DNA from: Acidobacteriota bacterium
GTDB lineage: Bacteria > Acidobacteriota > Terriglobia > Terriglobales > Acidobacteriaceae
Length of the DNA: 24,000 nt
Reading direction: 5' to 3'
Assembly (NCBI GenBank): GCA_023410055.1
Contig: JAEYQK010000054.1
Span: 24,758 to 48,757 of the forward strand
Position numbers and translations under genes: made by a program. Below are positions 23,620 to 24,000 of this stretch, piece after piece (within the stretch, counting starts at the first letter, position 1; every line of letters begins with the position of its first letter). A model generated the notes under the pieces. The model was given only the letters and a program-made list of their open reading frames with translations. It had not been told where the DNA came from and made no database searches.

Positions 23620-24000
23620 CTACTTGTTCGCTTTCTTCTTCGGCGCGGCTTTCTTCGCAACAGCCTTCTTTGCGGGCTTCGCGGCCGTCTTCTTTGCTGC
23701 CTTCTTTGCTGGCGTACTCTTCTTCAGATCGTCGGGATGAAGCTTTTTTGCACTTTTCCAAAGACGTTCAAGGTCGTAGAATCCGCGCGCCTTTTCGGAA
23801 AAAACATGCACCACGAAATCAACATAGTCGAGCAGCACCCACTCGGCCTGCTTGTAGCCTTCGACGCTCTTGGGACGGAAGCCAAGTTTCTGGAGACGTT
23901 CTTCGACCCCATCAGAAATTGCCTGAAGCTGGCGCGGATTACTTGCGGAGCAGATAACAAAGTAGTCCGTAAATGCGCCGGAATTCTTTTCCAGTTCGAG
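23620..24000 (-). CDS. rsfS: ribosomal silencing factor RsfS (5' end beyond right edge) with Ala/Lys-rich C-terminal tail
   Basis: My own translation in the frame of ORF 23620..23838 stays open to position 24000: LELEKNSGAFTDYFVICSASNPRQLQAISDGVEERLQKLGFRPKSVEGYKQAEWVLLDYVDFVVHVFSEKARGFYDLERLW... This is the iojap/RsfS family. The tail is ..KKSTPAKKAAKKTAAKPAKKAVAKKAAPKKKANK. Confidence 0.88.
   Translation of the reverse strand, partial: LELEKNSGAFTDYFVICSASNPRQLQAISDGVEERLQKLGFRPKSVEGYKQAEWVLLDYVDFVVHVFSEKARGFYDLERLWKSAKKLHPDDLKKSTPAKKAAKKTAAKPAKKAVAKKAAPKKKANK

Overview
Chromosomal, mostly core-gene window. Hand-counted GC is about 58% in coding sequence. It looks like an Acidobacteriota (Terriglobia-type) genome, because the PadR regulator plus duplicated-FtsX 'ADOP' permease pair is a hallmark of that phylum. 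Gene order left to right: tamB-like gene (partial) and an Omp85 BamA/TamA-family gene (-); a 2-TM hypothetical protein and a class V aminotransferase (+); a REP/RAYT island; an exported trio (secreted protein, Tat Fe-S aldo/keto reductase, Tat DUF362 protein); dnaN; a ~770-bp hairpin-packed spacer; padR-ADOP (-); obg, rpmA, rplU (-); an unusually long mnmG (-); a small secreted protein (+); rlmH, a cytochrome c gene and rsfS (partial) (-). I saw no rRNA, tRNA, CRISPR array, cas genes, prophage or recognisable defence or biosynthetic cluster. The unusual content is the repeat layer, not a gene cluster. (1) A REP-associated tyrosine transposase is flanked by inverted REP hairpins, with three more copies of that REP elsewhere. 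(2) Several other hairpin families are present: a GTAG-headed GC hairpin, CGCAG-loop hairpins, a ~90-nt 3'-UTR element, and inverted repeats built from tandem heptamers. (3) Three of these repeats sit in frame inside mnmG, which accounts for most of its ~130 extra codons. (4) The padR-ADOP pair is bracketed by inverted copies of the ~90-nt element. Domain calls come from motif recognition by eye, repeat identities from manual alignment, and no database search was possible.
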